Shown here: piece by piece, positions 37,701-52,054 of the stretch
Layout of the letters: every line of letters starts with the position of its first letter
How positions within the stretch are numbered: position 1 is the first letter of the stretch
Assembly (NCBI GenBank): GCA_965203295.1
Contig: CBDBCZ010000017.1
Span: 1,216,001-1,280,000, forward strand
Reading direction: 5' to 3'
Source: Nitrospirales bacterium
GTDB lineage: Bacteria; Nitrospirota; Nitrospiria; Nitrospirales; UBA8639
Length of the DNA: 64,000 nucleotides
Position numbers and translations under genes: made by a program
The notes under the pieces: generated by a model
Told to the model about the DNA's origin: nothing
Databases searched by the model: none
What the model saw: the letters and a program-made list of their open reading frames with translations, nothing else

Positions 37701-38575
37701 ACATCGATAATCCAGAAGTTCTTGTGCAAGCAATCTGGGAAGTGGTCAGAATTACCGCGGATTATGCCAGATGCGGTTAGTGTGTATGTAGTAGGAATCA
37801 CACTTTCAGCTGTCCCATGCACGTACACTCAAGGAATAAAGGCTGAAGTGGGCATGTGTGTAAAGTACAGGCAAGAAATCTATCCCATGTAGTTATGTGA
37901 TTAATCACTTTGAAATATCACTAGTTAAAAATTCATGCATTAGTGTAACGGTACGACCCTGAGTATGGGTAATACAAGAAAAAAGTGCATGGTGTGTAAT
38001 TTGATTGCATTAATACAGTGTTAGATTTCCCAAAGGTACACACATGTGCGATGATGTGGTTTCTCAAAGAGGACATTATGGTACATACTATGTGTCCATG
38101 TTGCACTGTATATATCTGTAGCGTAGTGACACAGTGAATGTAATATTCTCACTTCTTTTGCTCAGGCAAGTATCCACCTGAAACAAACCGCGATGAAAAA
38201 ATCAGCTTCCCCCTCACGCTGGCAATGGAGTTACGAGTGCTGAAAAAAAGCGACACCCTCCTCTGTCCAGCTAGCATCACGGAAGCTGGCAAGAATCACG
38301 TCGCCTACATTGAAGTCCTGAGCACATCTGGCACCCCCGGGTACGAGCAATACTTCACGGAAGTCGCTACGGCATGGATGAAGCTGGGCGGGGTCCCTCA
38401 CTGGCAGAAGCAGTGGACCTTTCTAAACGGCGACACGACCAAAATATTCGAGTACGTCCGTGAAAAGTACGGCCAAAATATTACAAAGTTCATGGACGTC
38501 CACAACCAGCTACAGCTCGACCCCAAAGGCCTCTTCATGAACAATACCATGGCACAAGTCTTTTGTCCTCCATGA
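31767..38575 (+). CDS. FAD-linked oxidase, L-gulonolactone / D-arabinono-1,4-lactone oxidase-like, 677 aa, copy 1. Exons 31767-32138, 33589-33721, 34235-34377, 34890-35135, 35962-36015, 36060-36287, 36668-36789, 37450-37775, 38166-38575
   Basis: Nine GT/AG exons total 2034 nt in frame. PCMH-type FAD motifs FKNWG, GGAYHTWS, TYGGTFSGGCHGTG and NLGLFGV; ALO-type tail GGVPHWQK...LDPKGLFMN. Confidence 0.9.
34043..34200. mobile_element. pogo/Tc1-like MITE; copy at 57794-57951, related piece at about 40-196
   Basis: TA-CAGTGGAACCCCTCT ... AGAGGGGTTCCGCTG. Confidence 0.65.
35161..35303. mobile_element. piggyBac-derived MITE; copy at 58912-59054
   Basis: TTAA on both sides; right end CATGACGCAGATATGCGTCATTGGTTGGTAAAGAG matches the end of the 5.8-kb piggyBac. 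Confidence 0.85.
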
Positions 38576-39480
38576 GGTGATACCGCCTCAACAAATTGCC
38601 CACTGAATAACTGATTCTTGCAATGCGCATTTACTATAGTGTTATGGACCCATATTGGGTGTACGTACTGTACTGATTCTTGCAACATGGATTTAAATAG
38701 AGCATTGTGTACTAGATAGCGTAGTGCTTTGACTGTTTTAAAGTAGTAATTTGTACATTACAACCTTGAGTTTGTTTTTTTTTTTGCTATTATTTTAACT
38801 ATACGACTATACGAAACAAATTTAAATACATGTATGCTGTATTTTGGTTAATAATTGCACACTTGAGCAACTTAAAAAGATGTTCTTGCAAATGCATGCA
38901 TGTGGGCTAGCTTTAATTTGAGTGGTTGTATGGCTACACCTCTTGGACTGCAGATGTGAATCCTCCGATAAAGGTTAAACAAAACAAGAATATTCCCTAC
39001 CCTCATGCAAGGGGGGGTAGGGAACTTAAAAAATTATGTACTCTAAACTATTCTGTAACAGCAGTGCACGGCCTTCTATAAAATTCTTAACAGGGTACTG
39101 AGCTTGATTTCCCACTTAGATGACGTTCAGATTAATAATGGGGCATATTATACATCATACTCTTCATGTCAGCTGTTAGCAGCTCTCGTATGTTGCTAAA
39201 ATATTAATAATAAATATAGGTATTAAGTGCATGTGTGAACTCTTCCAGCAGTAAGTGATTAGACGTATAGATATAGTGTACTGAGCCCCATCGTGCCTTA
39301 ATTCGCAGCGTGATTGGAAGTGTTTATGGAAAAGGTCCTCAATTGTATAATATTATAAAAAGAAGATACGAGATTTGGTTCCTGTTGTTGAAGAGGTTAC
39401 CTAATTCCCTCTCATGCCTAAAAGCCCAGAGTTACATTAGATTCATGAAAAGCATATCAACTACAAAATGTATATTAAAA

Positions 39481-39623
39481 CCCATTACCGACCATAAGAA
39501 ACAGCTTAAAGAAGCAGAAGAGCTTGTACTAAGTATTAACGCCTAATAGTAAACTCCCCATATAAATTCATATGGGCTTATGGGAACTCATGACGCATAT
39601 ATGCATCATTGGTTGGTAAAGAG
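39481..39623. mobile_element. piggyBac-derived MITE, same family, present only in copy 1
   Basis: Same body as 35161-35303; empty site at about 63215 (AATGTATAACTATATATGC). Confidence 0.82.
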
Positions 39624-40504
39624 TAACTATATATGCAGAGAGGTGTCTGCATGTGTCGGGGGAGCATGCATGAGTGCGCTGAGTCACAACAGAGTATGAG
39701 GTGTAAGTATTCTTAGGCTATATGAATAACTCTATAGTTAAAACCAGGCAACTACATTTTAGGCAAACTTCATGCTATCTAACTATAGCTAGTATGCGTA
39801 ATAGACTACATAACAAGTCGGACATTTCATATCTATATAAAAAAACAGCCAGGCACCTTTCCCGTACAATACACACAGCTCAGCTTAGGCATAGATAATA
39901 TTGTTAGGCTATATTATTGATGGTTTAGGCAGTTAGCGCTCTCAACTGAGAGCGCTAACTGCCGCTAGCTGTAGAACGCCGTACAGTGAAAGTGCTGACT
40001 CGACAGTTTCGTCGCGTGCCTCCAGTTAGTAGCTTTACGCCACGAAAACAGAACTTTACGGCTGCCTACCAAGTTGTCGCCATCTAGGCAACACATAACT
40101 ACCTTCATTTGCTATAGCTTGGCCTGCAAATCTCCAAAAGCTGCTATATACTGCAGTTGCATAGACGTATTATGTGTGAACGCACAAACAAACAAACAAA
40201 CGCTGAAAAAGTAAATCAATCTTAGGACCAGCCGTTCGCGCGCTGGTAAAAAAATGTGAGACAACTCTGCATGATTGGCACCGCAGACTGAATGACTGAA
40301 CACTGAAAAAACACTGCAAATTCATCACTCTTCAATAATCAGTACTGTGACAGTAAAAACTCAAACTATTAGTCCACCTCCCCCCCCCCCCAAAGTGCAC
40401 AAATATACCGTAAAAAACCCTATTTGTACGGGTAACAAAATGCCGGAAAATAATAACTAACCAGTCCAATTGGCAGTCCGAGCTGTCACGCTGCAACTAA
40501 AATG

Positions 40505-41870
<1,366 letters not shown>

Positions 41871-42950
41871 ATGGAATGTGAAAAATTGATATTTGAGTAT
41901 TGGGTCTTCACCTACTGTGGTATACTGGACTCCAACGTAGTATCACAACTGTACCTTCAAACCGCGGATTGCATCCTCTTCTGTAGCGGAATTCGCTGCT
42001 CTCAATGCGAGGGTTAAAGGTCAAAATTGACATGAGAATGACGTAACACAAACCGAGCTTTTTGAAAAATTTAAGTTCTTGCCTTAGTCCTGCACTTCAT
42101 TTAGAACACATTTAGTCACGATTTAAGCTCTTCCAAGGCGTAGAAGTACCTTACCGGTAAGCGCGTGAGCGAAGCTACATAATACTGTGACTTTCGTGTG
42201 GTGCATACCGATATGTCATGCAATCATCTCCCTTTGGGTAAATTTTAGAAGCACTAGGCCTATATACTAAGTGCAGCAAATGAGGTAAATTTTAGTTGTT
42301 GCTTGCCATCTGGTTGAGATGTCTTTGAGTGACGACGCTCACTAGCAAGTGTGGGACTGTATAATACTACAAGCTTATAAGGTATCTTTGGGGTTTCTTG
42401 TTGCTGGATATGCTACATTCAGTCATGATAAGTGAGGCTTTAGACCGTAGATGAATAATTATACATAGTTCAGACATAGCTACAGTAGATGGTGTAAACC
42501 CAATAAGATGCTGGGCTGGTAGGGCCAGACTCTAGACGAGACTAGCCATGCAGGCCCAGTTTAGCTACATGTAGCTATCCCCAACTACCGCAAGCAATCC
42601 CTATAGGGGGGTAAAAGTTGGGAATAGCTAGCTAGACTATAAGCCAGGCCTATAAGAAACCCATTTGAAAAGGTTATGACATGATTGTATTATAAGTTGT
42701 TCGTGTGTTGTGATTATACACATTATACATACAGGTGAACTATATCCCCCATTCAGTGGTGATATGTTGTATGGTTTGCATGCAAAAGTTAAGAATCTGC
42801 AAGTAGAAGTCAGTGGGTGTTCAGCTCAGATTCAAGAACTTTCACCAAAAGCAAGAGAACATGACAAAGAGTTGAGTGCATTGAAGAAGGAAATGGAACT
42901 GCCAGGCAAAACTTGTCTTAAAAGATATTACTAATGAAGTGAAAAAAGTT
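41871..42950 (+). mobile_element. 5' end of a related DDE transposon in plus orientation
   Basis: Starts after TTAA. 41875-42440 is an inverted match to about 46695-47210 and 27050-27570. 42730-42900 encodes MLYGLHAKVKNLQVEVSGCSAQIQELS, similar to WYGLHATIVNEHLQTEVSGCLTEIEELS of the minus-strand copies. Confidence 0.7.
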
Positions 42951-43029
42951 GACGAACAGAAATCATAGATGCATTCAGACATTCTAAACACAATGTATAC
43001 ATACAATTGCATAAATATTATACAATAAT

Positions 43030-46000
43030 TATCTTCATCATATAAAACCTCATGAAGGTGTGTTCGGGTATTATAGCTCACAACATATCCGCTTTACCAC
43101 TTCTCTTCACCTTCAACCTTAAATTTGTGGACAATTTTCTTTCTGACCAAAGAATCTGGGGAGTGGATGTCTGAGTTCTCAACTATGAAGTCTGACAGTT
43201 CCTTGATAATGTCTCTCAGTGGTCGCTGCCTCCCTTTCTGAGTAAATGGCACTTTGACACTTTGCTTTAGTACCTTCTTCCGGATGTTAATTTGCTCTCT
43301 TATTACAGCACGCTTTTTCTCTGCCTTCTTTTTAGCACTGATAGCCTCGTCATCTATTTCAGAAAGAGTGCTCTTCAGTTCAGTGGGTGATGTTATTAAA
43401 TGTAATGTGGATAGTCTTTCTCCTTCTCGGGTAGCTCTCTCATTCAATGCCTCTCGACTACATTTCTCACGAACCATTTTCTCACGTCTTTGTTTGCTTC
43501 TTCGGGTTTCTTCTCTCTTGTAGAGCTTTGCTACTTCCTCTCTTCTCTTGATAGCAAGGTCAATAATAGTGCTTTGCTAATCACGGGGAAGTTGGTGGAA
43601 CCACTGCATGGTTTTGTTTTTCTTCACTTGAACCAGGTTAGAATGAGACATCTGATGCAGGTTAGGGATAGCGGTTGTTAGGTAGTCATTTAAACCCAAG
43701 ATGCTCTCACAAAGATCATTGGTTGGCTTATTTTCTTTAGGATAGCTTCAATAGCTGGCTCTGGTTCCCAGTACTTCCCTCCTGGTAACTGAGTCTGGGC
43801 ATATGTGCACAGCTTTTCCTCATAGCTAATGCTCCAGCAGCAAGCAGTGGATACAAGAGTGTATCATCCCATTCATCTTCTTTAAAGATCTGCTCTTCTA
43901 TGGGGTGGTACATAGAATGTAAACGGTGATTTCGTTTTTTATGAACACCGTAAAGTTCCTCCTCAGATGCAAAACTTTGAAATCTTTATCCATTGCTGTC
44001 TGTGGGTTGAGTTCAACTTCCTCTAAAATAATCTGAGTTCTAGATAGTGCTCGTTCATGTCAAAAGCACTTTTTTCGAGGTTATTAGATTTTGTTAACAT
44101 TACAAGATTGGAATATATTGGATGGAACATCAGGGCATCAGCTTTCAGCTGGGATAATTCATCTTGGTCTTGCAATTTTTTGAAAACTACTTGTTCAAGC
44201 TTGTTACCTACACTTTTACCGCTATACTGGAGAAAGTCCACAGCTGCTTCTCGAAGGAATAAAATCTTTCCTGCATTGCATGCTGTTGCGAAATATCTAC
44301 TTCCTACTTGTCTCTCCAACCTAACTTTGGCACACAGTTGGTAATAAGAAGCCTTCTCAGATCCTGAGGTAGAGGCTTCTTCTAAAAAGTCTGGAAAAGC
44401 CAACGAGCCAAGACCATACTCTGGCACACCATGCTTACCGAGTAGTTTGCAGAACTCATGAACCATTGTATCCGTCTGATGAGACTCTCTTTGCTGTACA
44501 GTGTCAGTAGAATCTGCACAAGTTAGGCTTCTCACTCCATCAAGAAATGACTTTACAAAGGTTTACGCCAAGGTGCATACTACAAAAGTTCTCTACAAGT
44601 TCAATTGCTTCCGGGCACATAGCACCAAACCTCTCTTCGTCTTTCTCCCTTTCTTCTTGCAAAAGTTTATTGAATCTTTTCTGTGTAGAGGCTGAGTCTG
44701 ATGATGAAGATACTATCAAGGTCCAGTTTATTTTATCAGCATTTGGCAATTTCAGTGCGTGAGCCATATCCCTTTAAGCTTCTGCAGTTCTTGAGATACA
44801 TCATCAATCATGCTGTCCACACTTCCATCTGGTACTTCATTAACAGATAAGACCATACCACTAATGGCAGCTCCTTCAAGTTTCTTCTGTGACTTCGTGG
44901 TTCCATCAGTGTTCAAGTGTAAAGCTCCTGACTTGGCTTGCTCAAGGATGGATGTTACAGTAGCCTTATGTGCCAAGCTTACAGTAGTTAGCTCTCATGT
45001 CTTCTCATATAGGATGCACACGACTCACTTGGTAACTGCAGATGTGTTAAGTCTAACGAGGGTAAGAAACACTTCAGAATGGACCTAATGGTAGTTGAAA
45101 TTTTAGCAGGTGGTAATTGATTGGCAAGAAAAGTGTAATAGAGCTCCCTTACAGCGGGTGTGCACCATCTTTCGTCTGAAAACAAAAAGTAATTGACCGG
45201 TCCCTTTTATTAACATTGCCAAGCATGCAGAGACACAGTAGAACTAGAAAGTGTAGCAATTTCCTTCTGAAGAGTACAAACCAATTCAGAAAGTTCATCG
45301 TTTCTTATCAATAACTCTTCTTCATAGTGCACGGAATCAGCTACAGTTGATTCAAGCTTTAGTCTATTTTTGGTGCTTGCTTTCGTGCACATGCAATCGC
45401 GTTGCTTTTGAGTAGATTGCAGTCTATTAGTGATGTCCTTTAGAGCATGGTTTGTATGATAGTGACATCAAGTTCTGCCCTTGCTATTTCCACTTCTCTT
45501 TTCATCACAATTAACTCTTGTTCTTGCTCCTTTACTTTTGCTGACAGTTCTTCAATCTCAGTCAAACACCCACTGACTTCCGTTTGTAGGTGCTCATTGA
45601 CAATTGTTGCATGCAGACCATACCACATTAATTCTGCGTGAGGTTTGTCAGAAAATGCTACTTTTCGGATAAACTGGAAAATATTGTCAAGGCGGCCAGA
45701 TGCATTCTTTCTACGCAGCTCTGGGTCAATACGGATACGGAAATTTCCAATTGCTGTCTTTGTTACAGAGCGTGATGGAGGCCACTTCCTCAGGAAATTG
45801 TGCATGTATAGTTCCCTATAAAATCCAACTGTAGGAATTTCATTTAGTGGCCAGCATACAATGGCATGTGTTTCATGGTCCTGACAAGGCTGTAAAAAGG
45901 CTTTCTTTAGCACCTCTTCAGTGAGGCCATACTGGTGTAGTTCAGCAGGAAAGGATATGCAATCTGAGCATGAAGAAGCAAAAGCTATGTCAAATATAAA

Positions 46001-46591
46001 GTTTCCCCTCTGTGCTATTGCCGAGCATGCATGCAAGAAGTAATGGAATGAAATGTGTTGCATGCAGACTCTGTGTACTATAGTTTTTATGTAAGGCTGA
46101 CATTTCCTGTTTTTACGTGGCCAGCCATATCATGCAGAGGACAATAAGTTGCGAGAAAGTGGGAGTACAAGCATGCTCAGCTCTATTGGTACTTCCTGTA
46201 AAGCCCTTTGAAGCAATATGAAATGGGCCGTTAGGTATATTGACACCGAAAGCCGTACCTTCATGTCCTAGCTATTGAGTTATTAAAAACTATAACAAGC
46301 CCGGTGTTGCCTTCATAGTATTGCTAGCTAGCATACCTTGTGTATTCCTTATCCTTGGTACCCAGTGTCTCTTCAAATAGGAACGCAATGGAGAACCGTT
46401 CAGCAGATGGCCTTGTTAACGTTGGAGCAGCTATCTTCCTAACCGTGTCATAAAAACGGCTTGGGCGATGGGAATGTGAGGAAATTCATTGTCACAACGA
46501 GTTCAGCAAGGGACGTTTCGGTCCCTCCCTCTGTTTTTGCATCCTTGAGGATTCTTATGAGTTCTCCGTATGTAGGTTCACGTGCAGCCAT
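43030..46591 (-). pseudogene. Decayed DDE transposase, copy 2
   Basis: Same motifs as copy 1. Retains the 45165-45350 segment missing from copy 1 and has private frameshifts. Confidence 0.75.
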
Positions 46592-48365
46592 ATACTGCTA
46601 GAAGGTAGATACCGGCCAAATTATAACATTGAGGTCGACACAAAAAGTTTTCTATTGCATTAACTCTCAGACTGCTGGTCACTGTTGTTTAAGTTCTCAC
46701 TTATCATGACTAAATGTAGCCTATCCAGCAACAAGAAACCCCAAAGATACCTTATAAGCTTGTAGTACTATACAGTCCCACACTTGGCTAGTGAGCGTCA
46801 CTCAAAGACATCTCAAACAGATGGCAAGCAATAACTAAAATTTACCTCATTTGCTGCACTTACTATATAGGCCTAGTGCTTCTAAAATTTACCCAAAGGG
46901 AGATGGTTGCATGACATTGGTATACACCACACGAAACTCACAGTAGCTTTGCTCACGCGCTTACCGGTAAGGTACTTTTGCGCTTTGAAAGAGCTTAAAT
47001 CACGATTAATGCGCTCCAAATGAAGTATGGATTATAGCAGGACTTTCAAATTTTCAAACTGCTCAGTTTTACCTGACGTCATACCCATCACAATTTTAAC
47101 CTTTAACCTTCGCACTTCCGGGGTTTGAAGGTGCGGTTGTGATACTACGTTGGAGTCTAGTATACCACGATAGTTCAAGACCCGATTCTCAAAGATCGAT
47201 TTTTCACATTGGGGACCCTACAAAAGACATTCTTGTATCACTTGTATTGACAAATTGTGCTATAGCACTTATCTGAAGACAGTAGCGTGTGACAACTCCG
47301 AGGTAGCAACGTTCTGTTGTAGGCTCGACAGCTGCTGTCACCAAACGGTCACCTTGGGACAGTCTTGACAGCCACTATCAACAGACAAAGTAAGCAGAAT
47401 AAATAGTAGTCTAGCTAGCTAAAATAGTACTGCTTACCGGTGTATGAATTTAATACAGACTTACAATACGGTAAAATTACGAAAAGTTAATGCACTTATC
47501 TTGCCAAAGACCGACAACTCCAATTGCCAAGAAGAAATGACAAACTCTCTCTCGACACGGAACGCTGTTGCGATAGCGGTCGAGATCGAATTAACGCCCT
47601 ACGGTAGCCGACGTTGCGCTCGTTCTGTGACACGTCATGTGACGATTAGTGCGCATAAACGCATGATGTCACGTATAGCTAATAGCGTTCCATTGAGAAG
47701 AATACGGAAGGTATGCAGAGGTTTACGATATCTGGCCTACAGAATGTTTTATAGCTTCAAGGGACGGGTGGAGATGCCGCCTCAAAAACCTTGGTTTGCA
47801 AGTATGGAGCTGTGCAGAAGATTGGGCTTAAATGCAACGAATTCTCAGTGAGGTTGCAAAAAACTTAGCAAAGCTACGGTATGGTGGCGGTTTTACCACT
47901 CAGATTCAAGCTATTTTCTTTTGAAAACAGCTAAATTTACACAAGATCACTCATCGAGACGTTTTCCGCCAACATACCTAATTGCATTCCACTATTAGCG
48001 CACGTGATCGGTTCCAACCTCCTCTGGCCTCTGGAGCGCACTGTATATCACGTTCGAGAATCAGTTTGTTCGTTATGAAGATTATGTTGTCGTGGACATG
48101 CGCGCTCGAAAATGAAGTTCAATCGTGCTAAAATCACGGTGATTGCTTGAAGCGATTTTGAGCTAGCCTCGTTGAAGAATAAGAAACCAGAATTAGAAGA
48201 TGAACAAACTGGTATTTCAGCCGCCTTCCAGTTTTCTATTTTAACGAAGCTTTTTGGCGACTTTGGGAGCCTTGTTGGTTGCAGAAACCCCCCAAAATGA
48301 AGGTTAGGTCCCTATTAAAGCTTAAAAGTTATTTTTTGGAGAGATTTGGAAACTTCGATTTTATA

Positions 48366-49526
48366 GTGCTGAGCTCCACGCTCCCGCAGCCTTCGTCGCA
48401 TCCTCTTGTGCCTCCCAGGGCCTCGTAGGGAAAATTCTCGACCTACCCCGTGGCACTCCACCCCGCCTGCTGTCAGCTGTGTCAGACCTGTCTGTCGCTG
48501 CCGACCGCCCGGACTGGCAACAACTCGAGGATATCGACGTATACCCATACGCCAGAACCACCTCTCTTTCGCCATCGACGAGGCGGTTCATCATCGTCTT
48601 CTCTCCTCCGCCCCCTATATTCGTGCTCGCGCCCTCGCACATTCATCCGCCCTCCCTCATGCCGGCGACTGGCTCAACGGGATTCCTTCAGCTGCCCTGG
48701 GGCTCCACTTGCAAGACCAGGAGTTCCGCTTCTGTCTGAGGTACTGGCTCGGAACCCCACTCCACAGCGGATCCTACCCTTGTCCGGAGTGCCACAGTAT
48801 CGCAGACGAATTCGGAGACCATCAGGTGGGCTGCGGGGGCGGTGGCGACCGCATCATGCGCCACAACTCCATCAGGGACGTGATCTTCTCAGCGGCCCAG
48901 TCAGCGGCTCTGGCCCCTACCCGGGAGGCTCCAGGAGTGATCCCAGACTCATTGTCCAGACCGGCTGACGTCCTCCTCCCCACCTGGAGTTATGGCCGCC
49001 CAGCAGCACTTGACGTACACGTCATCTCCCCCCTACAACAACAGACCATCAACGCGGCCGCATCCACACCCGGCCATGCGCTCCAAGTGGGGGTCCAGCG
49101 CAAATTGACAGCCCATCTGTCAGCCTGCCGCTCGGCAGGAGTGGTGTTTGTACCGGTCGTCGCTGAGTCTCTAGGGGGACTGGCAGAAGACACAATCAGC
49201 ACCATTGCCAGGCTCGGGAAGGGCATCGCCAGCCGCATCAGAGACTTTGACTCATCCAACCCCACCCGTCAGCTGTTTCATCGCCTCGCCATCGCCCTGT
49301 GGAGCGGGAACGCCAGCCTCTGGCTACACAGGCAGCCACCCCTCCCCCCCGCAGTGGATGGCATCCCGTAATTGTTTTTTATTCCTTTTGTTGCCTTCGT
49401 TTGTTCTTTTTATTTATTTTTATCATTTATATATTTCCCCAGTATTGTACTGTATTGTATTGTATTGCTTCCGCTTCCTTTTAAAAAAATAAATAAATAA
49501 ATAAAAAAATAATAAAAAAAAAAAAA
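48366..49526 (+). mobile_element. 5'-truncated RLE-type non-LTR retrotransposon (CRE-like) with poly(A) tail; ORF remnant 48406-49371
   Basis: Zinc knuckle CPEC...DHQVGC, then RHN, RPADV and ALDV motifs of a restriction-like endonuclease; A-rich tail; absent from copy 1. Confidence 0.9.
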
Positions 49527-49824
49527 GTGTCCGTGCCATCCCTACATAGAGTCTACCGACTCTCTGATACACTGAGGTACCTCTAGTTAATTACAAACGT
49601 TAAACGTTTGTAGTTCAGGCTACCAAAGAAACACATGAGGACATGAGGGAGGTAAAGCTTATTGATTTTGCCATGTTGTTTTCCGGTCCTAGCTTCAGTT
49701 TTCTGATAGTAAGAAAATTCATACCGTACTTGTAGATTGTATCGAAAGTACTCCTGGTAAGCATGCAGGCATGGGCCGGGATGAGCTCAAAAGCGCCAAT
49801 GATCCTGGCAAGCCATGCAGGTAC

Positions 49825-50100
49825 TAGTCTCGTGCCCAGCCCCACGCTAGAAAGTGGGTCTGGCTCCCCGTATATTCGAAGTTGGGTTAGCGTTACATCA
49901 CATTACATCACCAAGCGGATAGTGTCCACGTGGCCATTCGTGTAGCTATCCGGATACTGCAACGGTTTAGTGATGTATATAAGTAACCAATCACATTGCC
50001 GTTCCAGATCTGGGACCGCTGACATAATTAATGCTGCTCCAACTTTGAATATACGGGGAGCCAGACCCACCTTCCTAACGTGGGGCTGGGCACGAGACTA
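49825..50100. mobile_element. AcademH-like MITE; truncated twin at 29096-29360
   Basis: TIR TAGTCTCGTGCCCAGCCCCACG; perfect 9-bp TSD TGCAGGTAC. Confidence 0.85.
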
Positions 50101-52054
50101 TGCAGGTACAAGTTATAGTTAAGCCACCCCCTAGACACGTTCACCAGTAATACACCAGACAGTTCCAGGTAAACCCCGAGGGCGAAGGGTTTACTTGGAA
50201 CTGTTGAGTGTATTGCTGGTAAATGCGTCTAGGGGGCGGTTTAGCTGGTTTGTAGCATGACAGCCATACACATCAAAGGCACCGTGACAATTTTTGACTT
50301 ATTAGTATACAGGAAGTGACATCACAGCACTGCAAAACATGTAGTAACGTTATGGTTTGGACTATTTAGTGGCTACCTGAAATCGCAGATATCAGAGTAT
50401 GTTAGTAAGAGTTAGGCATCAAAGTGGTAATTTTTTACTTATATAGTCTTGCATACAATGAAGTGGAAAAGTCAAAATTGTGAGTCTTTCGTCTATATTC
50501 AAATGAAGGGGGTTTCTATATTTAGAGTAGGTATATTCTTAAATATTACCTTCCCCCTCCACTTCGTATGCTGAGTTCCATGTATTAGATAAACCACGCC
50601 ACCCAGGGCTGTATGGGTTTTAGAGTACACGAGGGCAATAACAATTAAAGCACAGCCGGAGGGCTCTAATTGTTATTGCACGAGTGTACTAATTGTTATT
50701 GCACGAGTGTACTCTAAAACCCATACAGCCTGCAGGTGGCGTGGTTTAACTGATTTGTAGCCCAATGGCTTCTGTCAGCTTGAGGTAGTGCTACACTGAG
50801 CTTGTGCAAGTTGTAATCAGCTGTCACTGTTATGTAATCAGCTGTCACTGTTAGTGTAATCAGTGCTGAATGGTGCGCGTGCAGTGAGTAAGTCCTAGAC
50901 CACAGGGCAATATATATATATTGCCCCAACCGCAGGGCACTATATATCATGGAGTACGGTAGTACTCCATATGTAGGGTGGCCCTGGAAAAAAATGGCTT
51001 CTCCATTAAATGCGTACAAAATGACATGTTCAGAACTCTGCTGTAGGTGTAGTCTAGGGCTACTATGAGCCCTACCAGTTATTTTCGAGCGTTTTCATCA
51101 CTAACCAGACTGTTAGCTCTGCTAAAGAAGACCTCTGCAGTACCAAAGCGGCAAGTGGTTAAAACCGCCGAATAGTACATCTTGTTCGTCTTCGTCATCG
51201 TCATCGTCATCGTCATATTCTTTCAGCCAGGCTAGCACAAGAACGGGCGAAGCAATTAACAAGATTCCAACATGAACGGCCTTAATTGAACCTCGGGTAG
51301 TGCCTTTTGGACATAGCGTTTTCAAACAACTCCAACAAGTTCAGCAGTGATAACGGCCACTCTCGAGTGGGCGCTTGCTACTCACACGCCATTTTATGGT
51401 AGGCTGATACGCATGCGCAGACTGCCTGCCAGCACGTGTTCGTCTATTTACAGCTTTATCTATTTAAAGCCTACCTTCGATCATGCTGTTCAGTAGTTCT
51501 CGAGTGGAAGAGTGAAAGTCCTTGAAAGCATAGATAGTATAGCAAGCAAGGTTCTCCCAATCATTCATGTGATTGCTGTTCTTCTTAGAATTACAAGGTA
51601 CTTTGCATGCAGTATGCCTAGTTCAACGACTCAGCTGCAGCCTATTTGTATGTACAGAGAGCCTGTGCACTTCATGCAATGGCAGATGTCAATGAAATCG
51701 GCAGCACTGAATCTGCAGGTAGTAAGGGCCAGTAGCCTGTAAAATGGCACTGTAGTAGTGAGTGCAAAGCAGTCACTGAAACAAGTGGCTGCCATCTAGT
51801 TCAACTCGAGTAGTCATTTGAGGACGCTTTCCACCCAATTCACACAACATAACATTACACTCTGTGCTGATGACCTTCGATCGTGCTGTTCGCTCCTTTC
51901 GTTGTCGACATACGGATGAAGGCCTTCCTGATGCTGACTGGAGTACCTATACAACGTGCACCATCCTCAAACAAGTTCCTTTCCAACACCATGCGCATTT
52001 ACACCTACACATTTGTTACCACCTCCCAAAAATGCCCCAAAACAAGTTACAGAA

